Positions 1-9,955 of a stretch of 27,384 nucleotides of DNA are shown here, in pieces. Both the position numbers and the translations under genes were made by a program. This DNA is from Planctomycetota bacterium (GTDB lineage: Bacteria; Planctomycetota; GCA-002687715; DRQF01). The DNA lies in assembly GCA_027001995.1 (NCBI GenBank), contig JALTLO010000015.1:1-27384 (forward strand). The letters are read 5' to 3'. Each line of letters opens with the position of its first letter. Position 1 is the stretch's first letter. The notes under the pieces were generated by a model. The model worked only from the letters and a program-made list of their open reading frames with translations. It was not told the origin of the DNA and searched no databases.

Positions 1-2467
1 CCCCAGAACACTCGAAGAGAGGTTCTAAGAATTGGCTACCTTTGAGGTCGAGCTTCACCGTTTCTCGATCGGGTTTCGGAAGGTCCAAGAAGAAGGCGTA
101 GTTGTCCACTTCATCGGCACGAATCGGCGGTTGGGGAGCCATGTTGATGGCCTTCATCTTCGGATTAGCGCGGTCTTTGGCCGGGCAAACGGCTACGCAG
201 AGAGCACAGCCGGTGCAATCTTCTGGGGCCACTTGCAAACTGTAGGAAACGCCATCCTCAGCTCCCTTCATGGCAGTCGACTTAAAAGTTGGTGGCGCCC
301 CCACCAATGACTCTTCAGAATAAAAGGCCGGACGAATCGCCGCGTGAGGACACATGGCAGCACATTTATTACATTGAATACAAACGGAAGGGTCCCAAAC
401 AGGAATCTCGGAAGCCAAGTTTCGTTTTTCCCAACGGCTCGACCCCACTGGCCATGTGCCGTCGTGAGGAAAAGCGCTCACGGGCAAGCGATCACCCTCG
501 CCAGCAATGATCGTTGCTGTGACTTGATGCAAGAACTCAGGGGCCTCCTTTGGAAAACCACCCCATCTCTTGGTCAGGCTCGTTGCTGTTTCTGGTACAG
601 CCACTTGGTGGAGTTGAGCCAAGGCTACATCGATCGCTTTGTTGTTTCGGCGAACAATCTCAGGACCTCGTTTACCGTAGGACTTCTCCACTGCTCCCTT
701 AATCTCTTCGATGGCAGCATCGGTCGCCATGAAATGAGTCAACTCGAAAAAGCAAACCTGCATGATCGTATTGATGCGTTTGCCAAGACCCGCTTCATCT
801 GCGATTGCCTGGGCATCGATAGTGAAAAGGCGAATGTCTTTTTCGAGAATCCCATCTTGAACTTCCCTGGGCAATTCATCCCAAACTTTCTCTGGACTGT
901 AGGGGGCATTCAGCAGAAGAGTCGCACCGACTTTCGCTTTGGCAACCACATCGTATTGCCGCAGTAGGCCAAACAAATGGCAGCCAACGAAATCAGCTTC
1001 TTCGACTTTGTAGGGTGCCCGAATCTTAGCAGGTGCAAAGCGCAAATTTGAGATTGTCACGGCGCCAGACTTTTTCGAGTCATATTCGAAATAGGCTTGG
1101 GACTGCAAATCCGTCGATGAACCGATGATCTTGATCGAATTCTTATTGGCACCCACGGTACCATCAGAACCGAGACCAAGAACAACGGCGCTTTCACACC
1201 CGGGAATGGCCACTTTGAAACTCTCGTCATAGTCCAAGCTCAAGTGGGTGACATCATCCACAATCCCCACGGTAAAATGCTGCTTGGGTGTTTCTTCCAG
1301 GAGATTGTCGAACACGCCCTTGACCATCGCTGGAGTAAATTCCTTTGAAGAAAGGCCGAAACGACCGCCGGTGACTAAGGGAATCTCTTCTGATGAACGC
1401 TGCCCCCCGTTCTTAAGCTCAGCAAAAGCCGAGACAACATCAAGATAGAGCGGCTCCCCAAGAGCTCCAGGTTCTTTGGTTCGATCCAAGACCGCCAACT
1501 GCTTGCAAGACCGCGGAACAGCATGGTGAAAATGCGCCAGCGGAAATGGTCGATAGAGCCTGACGTTCACAACCCCAACTTTTTCGCCAGCGTCAACCAT
1601 CTGCTCAACAACGGTGGCGGCAGTTTCCGCTCCCGATCCCATGACCACAATGACACGCTCAGCCTGAGGATGGCCGGTGTAGTCCACCAGGCCATAAGAA
1701 CGGCCAGTCAGTTTCTCGAAACGCTTAAATTCTTCTTCGACGATCTCCGGACAAATATCATAGTAGCTGTTGCATGCTTCTCGAGATTGAAAGAAGACAT
1801 CAGGGTTCTGAGCCGTTCCGCGGATCACGGGATGATCAGGCGATAATGACCTGGAACGATGGGCATCGATCATCTCTTGGGAGTACATGTCCAAGAGTTG
1901 TTCGTCGGAGATCATATCGATCGTGGCAATTTCATGAGACGTCCGAAAGCCATCGAAGAAATGAAGAAAGGGAATACGCGACCGCAAAGTCGCCGCTTGA
2001 GCGACACAGGCAAAATCATGGGCTTCTTGCACATTCGAAGAGCACAAAAGTGCGACACCCGTCGAACGACATGCCATGACGTCTGAGTGGTCGCCAAAAA
2101 TCGACAAGGCATGGGTTGCAATGCTCCGTGCAGCCACGTGAATGCAACAAGCATTCAGTTCACCAGCCAACTTAAAGAGAGTGGGAACCATCAAGAGCAG
2201 GCCTTGGGAAGCCGTGAACGTTGTGGTCAATGCCCCGGTTTGAAGGGCTCCATGAACAGCTCCCGCGGCCCCACCCTCCGACTGCATCTCGGCGATCTGT
2301 GGCGTGTTGCCCCAAATATTCTCCATGCCTTTGACCGCCCACTCATCGGCATGTTCCCCCATGGGAGACGCCGGAGTAATCGGATAAATGGCAATAACCT
2401 CGTTGCTACGAAATGCAACGGAAGCTACAGCCTCGTTTGCATCCAAAGTTCTCGATTCAGAAGGCAT
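1..2467 (-). CDS. por: pyruvate:ferredoxin (flavodoxin) oxidoreductase, single-chain homodimeric type; N-terminal ~820 aa only, C-terminal TPP domain runs off the window at position 1
   Basis: The minus-strand frame from ATG at 2465-2467 (AAGGAG 8 nt upstream) reads MPSESRTLDANEAVASVAFRSNEVIAIYPITPASPMGEHADEW... and continues without a stop to the window edge. Near the edge it contains two ferredoxin-type motifs, CIQCNKCAAMCP and CTGCALCVAVCP, followed by LEPLFECSG. These are hallmark PFOR/NifJ blocks (domain V 2x[4Fe-4S], then the start of the TPP domain). It is absent from the ORF track because it has no in-window stop, and several short plus-strand track ORFs overlap it. Confidence 0.9.
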   Translation of the reverse strand, partial: MPSESRTLDANEAVASVAFRSNEVIAIYPITPASPMGEHADEWAVKGMENIWGNTPQIAEMQSEGGAAGAVHGALQTGALTTTFTASQGLLLMVPTLFKLAGELNACCIHVAARSIATHALSIFGDHSDVMACRSTGVALLCSSNVQEAHDFACVAQAATLRSRIPFLHFFDGFRTSHEIATIDMISDEQLLDMYSQEMIDAHRSRSLSPDHPVIRGTAQNPDVFFQSREACNSYYDICPEIVEEEFKRFEKLTGRSYGLVDYTGHPQAERVIVVMGSGAETAATVVEQMVDAGEKVGVVNVRLYRPFPLAHFHHAVPRSCKQLAVLDRTKEPGALGEPLYLDVVSAFAELKNGGQRSSEEIPLVTGGRFGLSSKEFTPAMVKGVFDNLLEETPKQHFTVGIVDDVTHLSLDYDESFKVAIPGCESAVVLGLGSDGTVGANKNSIKIIGSSTDLQSQAYFEYDSKKSGAVTISNLRFAPAKIRAPYKVEEADFVGCHLFGLLRQYDVVAKAKVGATLLLNAPYSPEKVWDELPREVQDGILEKDIRLFTIDAQAIADEAGLGKRINTIMQVCFFELTHFMATDAAIEEIKGAVEKSYGKRGPEIVRRNNKAIDVALAQLHQVAVPETATSLTKRWGGFPKEAPEFLHQVTATIIAGEGDRLPVSAFPHDGTWPVGSSRWEKRNLASEIPVWDPSVCIQCNKCAAMCPHAAIRPAFYSEESLVGAPPTFKSTAMKGAEDGVSYSLQVAPEDCTGCALCVAVCPAKDRANPKMKAINMAPQPPIRADEVDNYAFFLDLPKPDRETVKLDLKGSQFLEPLFECSG

Positions 2468-2820
2468 GACCCTACTCCTTTAGAAAGATCCCATAACCAG
2501 GAAGCATCAAGCCCCACTCAATCCGGATCTCTAGATGGGAGGGCAATCGCAAACCCTGTTCCTTTTCCCAAACCCAAGGGTGGGAAAAGAGCCTCAAGTG
2601 GTGAGACTAACGATCGTGCCGAAGAATCGGCATTCAACAGCCATTGGAGGATTGACATGCCCCTGGTAGTACAGAGGAAAACCCCACACATCCAAAGAGT
2701 TCCCGGGGGATTCTTCTCACCCCCTCCGCCCCTCAATTCGGATGCCGCTCCTGGGGGCCCCGAGGTCATGAATGATTCGGGTTAGCCCCCGTCTCCGGCT
2801 CCCCAAGCAAATCTGAAGAA

Positions 2821-2847
2821 AGCCCAGCGTCCGAAGAACGCTGGGCT
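2821..2847 (-). terminator. putative intrinsic terminator for the 797-aa secreted-protein gene
   Basis: A 10-bp perfect inverted repeat, agcccagcgt (2821-2830) and acgctgggct (2838-2847), with a 7-nt loop. On the minus strand it is followed by a moderately T-rich stretch (ttcttcagattt), about 100 nt downstream of the stop at 2949. The T-run is imperfect, so confidence is moderate. Confidence 0.45.
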
Positions 2848-2948
2848 TGGTCTCAGATGAAGTAAGATCACTGACTCGCCCTTCATGGGGCAGATCAGTC
2901 AAACCGCCTTGTTAACAGGGCTGTCGGCGAACTCCGGCAAAATCAAGA

Positions 2949-5342
2949 TCAAGGACAACCGATGGTCATGATCAAACCATTGCCAAAGAAGTCAGGCAAG
3001 GGAGCAAATGGACCGGGAATACCTTGAGGGGCGCACACCCGAGATTGAAAGACCACTGTAAACCCATCAACTCCCGGTGGAACAACCGTGGGTGTGGTGT
3101 AAGTGAACCCGCCGTTGGCATCGGTTGGCATGATGGTGACGATGCCCAGGTTGGTACTGGGATTCAAAACGTCGATGTAGAAATTGCAACCAGCGTAGGG
3201 AACTTTCGGAAACACGCCAAAGCTATAGTAAATCCAACCAAGGGAGTTCGGTGCATTGCTGCTGAAGGTGAAAGTGATTGGGTCACCAGGAATCAGGAGA
3301 GTCGCATCGACCACAGGATCATTGATTGGGTCATAACCACAAGGTAAGGAGATCTTTGTGGCTTCCTCACCGACACAAATGACACAAACACCGAAGTCAA
3401 CGGTTTCGTCAACGTCTCCCGCGGCCAAAGTGACTGCAACGAAGTTCGTTTGCGGATCGACGTCACTGTCGATGGTGTCATCATTTCCAACATTCGGCAG
3501 AGTTGCAAAGTAAGAAACCTCATTGTAGGCGAAAGAGACAAAGTAGTCTCCAGGGATGATATGAGTGAATCGATACTTGCCGTCCGCCCCAGTCATTTTG
3601 GAATCAACAACTTGACCATCGGACTGACGGATCAAGGAAACAGTTACATGCTGTTTGCCCCCTTCACCCTGATCGAGAATGCCGTCGCAATTTTCGTCAA
3701 CAAAGACGCAATCACCAAGTTCGGCAAGGGCGCTATCCTCACCATCGCAAACAAGGACACTCACTCGGTTGATCTCTGCACCGTCACCGCCAGAAGAATC
3801 ATCAACAAGAGTCACGGTATTGAAGAGTAGTTGGCCTTCAGAGTAACCAGGAATAATGATGTCCAAGTCAATGTCATTGTCGCCGCAATAGACTGTTGGC
3901 AACTGAAAAGCACTCCCCACCGCGACCAACCCTGCTTCGGTCATGGCAAGAGTTGTGGCAGCGCTGGCCGGTTCGAGAAGCACGGTGTAGCAATCAGAAA
4001 CGCCAAACTCGTCAATCTTGAGATCGGCTGTATCGTCCCCGGAGTTGTTAAACGCGACACCAAAACTCAACTTCACTTCGCCACCATCCCCCATGGAGAG
4101 ATAAGTCGATGCCGTATCACCCAAGATGTTCCCCTGGGCCAGACCATTGCCATTCGGATTGTTACCAACGGTGAAAGAATCCACAGTTGTGGCGAAGGTC
4201 TCGACGCAGTTTGTGGAAGGAGTGCAAACAAGAGCGCAAATCTGCTCGATTTCAGCACCGTTTCCGCTTGACCCATCATCCAAGATCAGGACTTTGAGGA
4301 ATTGCAACTCACCCTCAGCATAACCCGGAACGAGGTTGTCCAAATCCAGGTCCAAGTCACCGCAGAATGTCATGTTGAACTCATAGAACCCGTTGTTCTC
4401 TGACATGCCCGCAGCCAACAACTTTGAGGCTGTTGCCGCATCAGCCGGGAACAAGCAAACATAGTAGCAGTCATTGCTGTTCCATTCGCGAACACAAATG
4501 TCCGCACCAGAATCTCCCGAAGTGGTGAAGTTGGCGCCAAACTCAACCAGGACATTGCCCGATCGTCCTAAGGAAAAGCGCGTATTGGGCGTATCACCCA
4601 GAACGTCAGTGGGATCATCGTTCGAACTATCCTGATTCGACCCATCATTGTGACCCAAGACACTTTGAGCCCAAATGAGTTCACAACCGATGCTGGGTGT
4701 TGGCGGCACGTTGTTGCAGATGAGGGCGCAGATTTGCTCAATCTCAGCGCCATCGCCGCTAGATCCGTCGTCCAAGATCAAGACATTGCTGAATTCAAGT
4801 TCGCCAGCATTGTAGCCGGGAACCAAGCTGTCGAGGTCGAGGTCATAGTCACCACAAAAGGTCATATTAAATTCGTAGTAGCCGTTATTGCCAGCGGTCA
4901 TGCCAGCAGCAAGGAGCTTCTGTGCTGTGGCGCTGTTCGCGGGAAACAAGCAAATATAGTAACAATCATTTTCATTGAGCTCCCGCACACAAATGTCCGG
5001 AGCGGAATCGCCACTGGTGGTAAAGTTGGCGCCAAAATCAACGGCTACGTTTCCCCATTTACCCAAAGAAAAATAGGTACTCGGAGTATCGTTCAAGACA
5101 TCCGCTGGATTGTCATGGTTGCTGTCTTGATTCGAGCCATCATTGTGCCCCAAGACATTTTGGGCCCAAACGGTTTGGCACGTTTGGGCATAGCTACTCA
5201 CGGTCATGGCCATAAGAAGAAGGAATGCTGGTAATACTAGCCGAAAGAAAGCGGGGCTGTGATTAAGATCGTTCTTAGTCATAAAACTCTCTGCACGTTT
5301 TGATTTAAATGTTGTTTGGTTCGTTGCCGAAATCATGCCCAT
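2949..5342 (-). CDS. large secreted Cys/Asp-rich repeat protein (putative surface or adhesin-like protein): three ~160-aa repeats plus an SdrD-B-like domain plus a C-terminal domain
   Basis: The 797-aa ORF has a signal-peptide-like N-terminus, MTKNDLNHSPAFFRLVLPAFLLLMAMTVSSYA|QT. An alternative start is the internal ATG at 5282, which gives exactly this N-terminus. Three internal repeats (CQTVWAQ..., CELIWAQ..., CVETFATT...) share motifs: LGDTP.T.FSLG, FG.NF.TSGDS, DICVRE, DCYY.CLFPA, AAG, YEFNMTFCGD.D.DLD, PGY..GEL.F and DDGSSG.GAEIEQICAL.C. A following segment, HVTVSLIRQSDGQVVDSKMTGADGKYRFTHIIPGDYFVSF...DDTIDSDVD, resembles SdrD B-like / Cna-B-type domains. Confidence 0.85.
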   Translation of the reverse strand: MGMISATNQTTFKSKRAESFMTKNDLNHSPAFFRLVLPAFLLLMAMTVSSYAQTCQTVWAQNVLGHNDGSNQDSNHDNPADVLNDTPSTYFSLGKWGNVAVDFGANFTTSGDSAPDICVRELNENDCYYICLFPANSATAQKLLAAGMTAGNNGYYEFNMTFCGDYDLDLDSLVPGYNAGELEFSNVLILDDGSSGDGAEIEQICALICNNVPPTPSIGCELIWAQSVLGHNDGSNQDSSNDDPTDVLGDTPNTRFSLGRSGNVLVEFGANFTTSGDSGADICVREWNSNDCYYVCLFPADAATASKLLAAGMSENNGFYEFNMTFCGDLDLDLDNLVPGYAEGELQFLKVLILDDGSSGNGAEIEQICALVCTPSTNCVETFATTVDSFTVGNNPNGNGLAQGNILGDTASTYLSMGDGGEVKLSFGVAFNNSGDDTADLKIDEFGVSDCYTVLLEPASAATTLAMTEAGLVAVGSAFQLPTVYCGDNDIDLDIIIPGYSEGQLLFNTVTLVDDSSGGDGAEINRVSVLVCDGEDSALAELGDCVFVDENCDGILDQGEGGKQHVTVSLIRQSDGQVVDSKMTGADGKYRFTHIIPGDYFVSFAYNEVSYFATLPNVGNDDTIDSDVDPQTNFVAVTLAAGDVDETVDFGVCVICVGEEATKISLPCGYDPINDPVVDATLLIPGDPITFTFSSNAPNSLGWIYYSFGVFPKVPYAGCNFYIDVLNPSTNLGIVTIMPTDANGGFTYTTPTVVPPGVDGFTVVFQSRVCAPQGIPGPFAPLPDFFGNGLIMTIGCP
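3759..5180 (-). repeat. intragenic tandem repeat, 3 units of ~450-500 bp each, encoding the triplicated ~160-aa Cys/Asp-rich module
   Basis: Protein repeats at about aa 55-219, 220-378 and 379-528 map to about 4686-5180, 4209-4685 and 3759-4208. Units 1 and 2 are ~75% identical at protein level and clearly related but diverged at DNA level. Unit 3 is more divergent. Confidence 0.8.
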
Positions 5343-5366
5343 GAAATACAGAATGGCCCCCGCGAT

Positions 5367-5391
5367 ATATACTTAAAAGTATATTTTTTTA
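5367..5391. promoter_or_regulatory. AT-rich 18-bp perfect palindrome plus a T7 run in a divergent promoter region
   Basis: atatactt-aa-aagtatat at 5367-5384 is perfectly self-complementary and is followed by ttttttt at 5385-5391. It lies ~25-85 bp upstream of the two candidate starts (5342/5282) of the minus-strand secreted-protein gene, in the 325-bp divergent gap before the plus-strand Rieske gene. It could be an operator or a promoter element. The stem is AT-only, so it is a weak terminator candidate. Confidence 0.35.
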
Positions 5392-5667
5392 TTATGAGAT
5401 CTGCATTCTTTCCAAAGAGCCAAGACTTGATCCTCAAGATACCCCACTAACTTTTTCATTAGAAACAACTTATGTCGTTCAGAAGTACCAGGACCAGCAA
5501 CCAAGAAGCGGAGTATGATCCTGGCCTCATCGGAGGGAACTCATCCACTTTAGCCCGAACGGTTCAACACCAGACGGACGAGAGTTCCTGAATGGCTCGG
5601 GACAAGGACATCACTGGTCCATCATTCAACTGGGACACCTTTTTTTGCCACCCTCAAGTTAAGACAT

Positions 5668-6030
5668 ATGGTTATTCTTATGAGCGAAGAAACGACAAAC
5701 CAGCCAACGGCCCATTGGGTTGATGTGGCTTCCCTCGATGCCCTGAAAAAGGGCTCTCTTACGGGCATTGCCAAGAACGACATCCAGCTACTCTTGATCC
5801 GCCAAGACGACGGTACTTGTTCCGCCGTGGAGAACAAATGTCCACATGAGGGTTATCCTCTTTCGGGTGGTGACCTCAAGGGCGACAAGCTCACCTGCTG
5901 CTGGCACAATTGGAAATTCCATGTCCGTGATGGCAGTTGTATTTTGGGAGGCGAAGGAGTGCGCTCATTCCCAACACGCACCGTCGCCAATCGGCTTGAA
6001 GTTGATATTTCCGACCCAGCACCCGAAACC
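5668..6030 (+). other. Rieske [2Fe-2S] domain (NirD-like) portion of the 586-aa protein
   Basis: CPH (Cys-Pro-His) and CCWH (Cys-x-Trp-His) boxes ~20 residues apart. Domain limits are approximate. Confidence 0.6.
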
Positions 6031-7428
6031 CTTTATCCCACTTTGTTGACGAGCTTTGAAGAAGGACTCTTCAAACACGAAAACGGCAGGGCCGCTCGAG
6101 ACGGCATACGCTTGTTGGAGTTGGGTTTTCCTCCTGCGGAACTGCTGGCGAAAATTGCCCACTACGATGCCTTGCACGCAGAGTATGGCAGCACCCACGC
6201 TCTCCCCGTGAGCGCAGATTGTTTGCGATGGCTACCCAACTTGCAGGGTGCCAAGGCCATGTTCGCCATCGTCTGCGCCATCGATATGTGCGGAGAAGCC
6301 AACCGGCGTATGCCGCCCCGCTGTCGTCCTGCCCCCAAACCCCATGGCACATTGACAACCATTCGAGCCTTGGCTGAATCGGAGGAAGCGGCAGAAGCAG
6401 AGGCCCTTCTCTTGGGAGCCTTCGATGCAGGCGTCGAAAGAAAAGAAATCGAGCGTTGGCTTAGAGTCATCATCTCCGATCATTTCACAGGATTCGGCCA
6501 TCCCCTCATTTACTTGCTAAAGGCAGAGGAATTGCTCGATGAAGTTGACGAGTCTTGGGCCCGGGACATCTACGGCAGCCTGCTCTATCGCTACATATTG
6601 GCAACCCGAGAAGACACCTTGCCCTATATGACCCACTATCGTGAGCACATGGACGCCTTCGAACCTCAGTTGCAAACCTTCTTTGATCGACAAGATGAAA
6701 AGGTCCCTTTCGATGGCGAAGCCTTCGTCGAGGTCATCCTCTACGAACAGCCCAACACAGCCTGCTTGGCTTTAAGAAATGCCCTTCAGTTAGGAGTCTG
6801 CGTTGAGAAGATCAGCATGGCATTGGCGACAGCTGGTGCTACCCGCATGCTGCGATTCGACCCACAAGTAGAGAAAAACCCTGAGTTGGCTGAAAACTGG
6901 GTCTGGGTCACCCATCGTTTGACTCAAGCATGTGCAGTTCACCAAATGGTGAAGAAGCATCCAAGTTCAGACTCTCTACGTTTCCTTCTCCATGGAGTGG
7001 CTTTCACCAACAGTGGCAAGAAGATGGACATCGATGTGGAATCCCGCCACCCGATTCAAACAGTGCCAGGAACTGCCGACGACTTGCTAACCGCCATACT
7101 GGCACAAGACCCTGACCGAGCACAGGGCATTGCCAGCTATCTGATGGAAAACAGGGAACGGTTCGTCGAGTTCAAGAATCTTCTCCATGCCTTGTGCCTC
7201 CAGGACCATTTCACCCGCCCCATCGTGGTAGCCCATGTCATCAAAACGACAGCTGCTGCCATCGAGATGTATGAAGAATTTGAAGGTCATTTTGGCCAAT
7301 GCGTTGGGCTCTTGGCTGTGGTTCGTTTCTTGGCCTTAGGGATTCAAGAGCGAAGTGTCCGTGACATGGTGGGAACATCGATTGCCTGGGTCGTCGACGG
7401 CAAAATCCCGAAAAAGCTAACCCAGTGA
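5668..7428 (+). CDS. Rieske [2Fe-2S] domain protein (NirD-like Rieske_2 N-terminal domain) fused to a ~470-aa all-alpha domain of unknown function
   Basis: The N-terminus contains CPHEGYPLSGG....LTCCWHNWKFHVRDG, the CxH...CxxH Rieske ligand pattern in NirD-type spacing. The remaining ~470 aa has no motif I can assign. The alternative ATG 12 nt downstream (MSEETT) is equally possible. A T8 run sits 20 nt upstream. Confidence 0.8.
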   Translation: MVILMSEETTNQPTAHWVDVASLDALKKGSLTGIAKNDIQLLLIRQDDGTCSAVENKCPHEGYPLSGGDLKGDKLTCCWHNWKFHVRDGSCILGGEGVRSFPTRTVANRLEVDISDPAPETLYPTLLTSFEEGLFKHENGRAARDGIRLLELGFPPAELLAKIAHYDALHAEYGSTHALPVSADCLRWLPNLQGAKAMFAIVCAIDMCGEANRRMPPRCRPAPKPHGTLTTIRALAESEEAAEAEALLLGAFDAGVERKEIERWLRVIISDHFTGFGHPLIYLLKAEELLDEVDESWARDIYGSLLYRYILATREDTLPYMTHYREHMDAFEPQLQTFFDRQDEKVPFDGEAFVEVILYEQPNTACLALRNALQLGVCVEKISMALATAGATRMLRFDPQVEKNPELAENWVWVTHRLTQACAVHQMVKKHPSSDSLRFLLHGVAFTNSGKKMDIDVESRHPIQTVPGTADDLLTAILAQDPDRAQGIASYLMENRERFVEFKNLLHALCLQDHFTRPIVVAHVIKTTAAAIEMYEEFEGHFGQCVGLLAVVRFLALGIQERSVRDMVGTSIAWVVDGKIPKKLTQ

Positions 7429-7438
7429 CCACGAGCCC

Positions 7439-8116
7439 TCACCCAGAAAAATTCAAATCGGTAAAGACGAAACCATCGCGCTCCTCCGTCTTACCCACGA
7501 CCACGTCGATGGGCCGGGAAAACATCGGACCTGCGCTTACGAATGTGTGAAACTCACCATTCTCACCGCAAGGATCTACCCCTTCGGGAAGATCTTGCAA
7601 AAAACTGTGATCAAACCTACGTCCAGCGAATTCCCTTGGCATCACTCTTGGATCCAAACAGGTCACATGGGCAACCACACCTCGATCAATCATCTCTCGA
7701 CTGAGAACGTCTGTGGGTTCTTGCCATAGAGGAAACAAGGGGCGCAAGGCCGTGTTTTCCAGACGATCCTCGCGATATTTGCGAATATCATCTAAGAAGA
7801 GATCGCCAAAAGCCACGTCCGTCACCCCCTTGGCCCGGGCTTTGACAAGAACGTCGGCCATGATCGTCTCATAGGCGTGGTTGCTACAGGGCCAAGGAAG
7901 ATCAACAACCCAAAGACGGAGCCCCGCAACTTCAGCCTGGGCCTCCAAGAGTTTTCTTCGGACTGCGTGCATAGCGACCCGATCAAATTCTTGATTCACG
8001 GTTGTGAGCAGACCAACAACCTCAACATCGGAGCGCTGCCCAAGCTTGAGCAAGGTCCATGCACTGTCTTTGCCCGAACTCCAAGATAGGAGGACGTTCT
8101 TCTTCGCTTCATTCAT
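7439..8116 (-). CDS. PP-loop ATP pyrophosphatase, MJ0570/Dph6 (diphthamide-synthase-like) family
   Basis: MNEAKKNVLLSWSSGKDSAWTL carries the SGGxDS-type PP-loop, and CGENGEFHTFV is typical of the family. The track ORF begins at a TTG at 8194. The ATG at 8116 is preceded by AAGGGAG and places the PP-loop at the N-terminus, so I prefer it. Confidence 0.8.
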   Translation of the reverse strand: MNEAKKNVLLSWSSGKDSAWTLLKLGQRSDVEVVGLLTTVNQEFDRVAMHAVRRKLLEAQAEVAGLRLWVVDLPWPCSNHAYETIMADVLVKARAKGVTDVAFGDLFLDDIRKYREDRLENTALRPLFPLWQEPTDVLSREMIDRGVVAHVTCLDPRVMPREFAGRRFDHSFLQDLPEGVDPCGENGEFHTFVSAGPMFSRPIDVVVGKTEERDGFVFTDLNFSG

Positions 8117-8267
8117 GAAAATAGCTCCCTTGTTGAGGCAACAGGATAAGGAAAGAAAAGGCCTATTCAAATCGAATTGAAGAACGAATCGCAAACAGGC
8201 CTTGAAGCCAACACGGGAAGTCCGGATTTTGATCAGGAAGAAACTTGCACATCAATGAAAGACTGTC

Positions 8268-9641
<1,374 letters not shown>

Positions 9642-9674
9642 ATAAGGTCCATGAGCCGGAACCGGTTGTGAAAA

Positions 9675-9694
9675 CCCCCTGTTGCCTTAGGGGG
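9675..9694 (+). terminator. weak candidate terminator hairpin after the lyase gene
   Basis: ccccct-gttgcctt-aggggg is a 6-bp GC stem. It is preceded by aaaa but not followed by an immediate T-run; a tttcttttg stretch lies ~15 nt downstream. Confidence is low. Confidence 0.25.
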
Positions 9695-9955
9695 GAGTCC
9701 AACCATTTCTTTTGCTCCACCCTCCAATAGGGCAAACGCCTACCAGGAAAGGCAATTTTCCCGGGTAGATTGAGAAGCAATTCCCATCTTTTTTGACTTT
9801 CCCTGTAATTCCTTGAAAGACAATCTATAAGACGGCGGCTGCGTTCAGTGCCGGGAGGTTGCCAATCAGAAGTTGAAGGTAAACGGTCAATCTCCCGCCG
9901 AGTTCCGCAGTGGAACAAAGAACGGATTTTGGTCTCTGTGGTTGGGGAATCACAC

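Noticed and set aside
32-2418. Numerous 60-230-aa ORFs in the track on the plus strand (32..310, 344..967, 1523..1846, 2087..2785 and others) and minus-strand ORFs 1912..2154 and 2227..2418
   Set aside because: All lie inside the PFOR coding region or out of frame with it. PFOR is confirmed by multiple diagnostic motifs along its length, and these ORFs have low-complexity, Arg/Ser-rich translations typical of non-coding frames.
3024-5234. Plus-strand ORFs (3024..3347, 3450..3830, 3831..4271, 4650..5234) opposite the large secreted-protein gene
   Set aside because: They are antisense to a gene with a strong, internally repeated protein signature. No RBS or meaningful composition is seen.
9848-9955. 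Track start (GTG, MPGGCQSEV...) for the 559-aa ORF
   Set aside because: The first 36 residues are hydrophilic and non-signal-like and begin at a GTG. The ATG at 9956 yields a hydrophobic signal or anchor immediately, which fits the rest of the protein. I kept 9956, but the longer form cannot be excluded.
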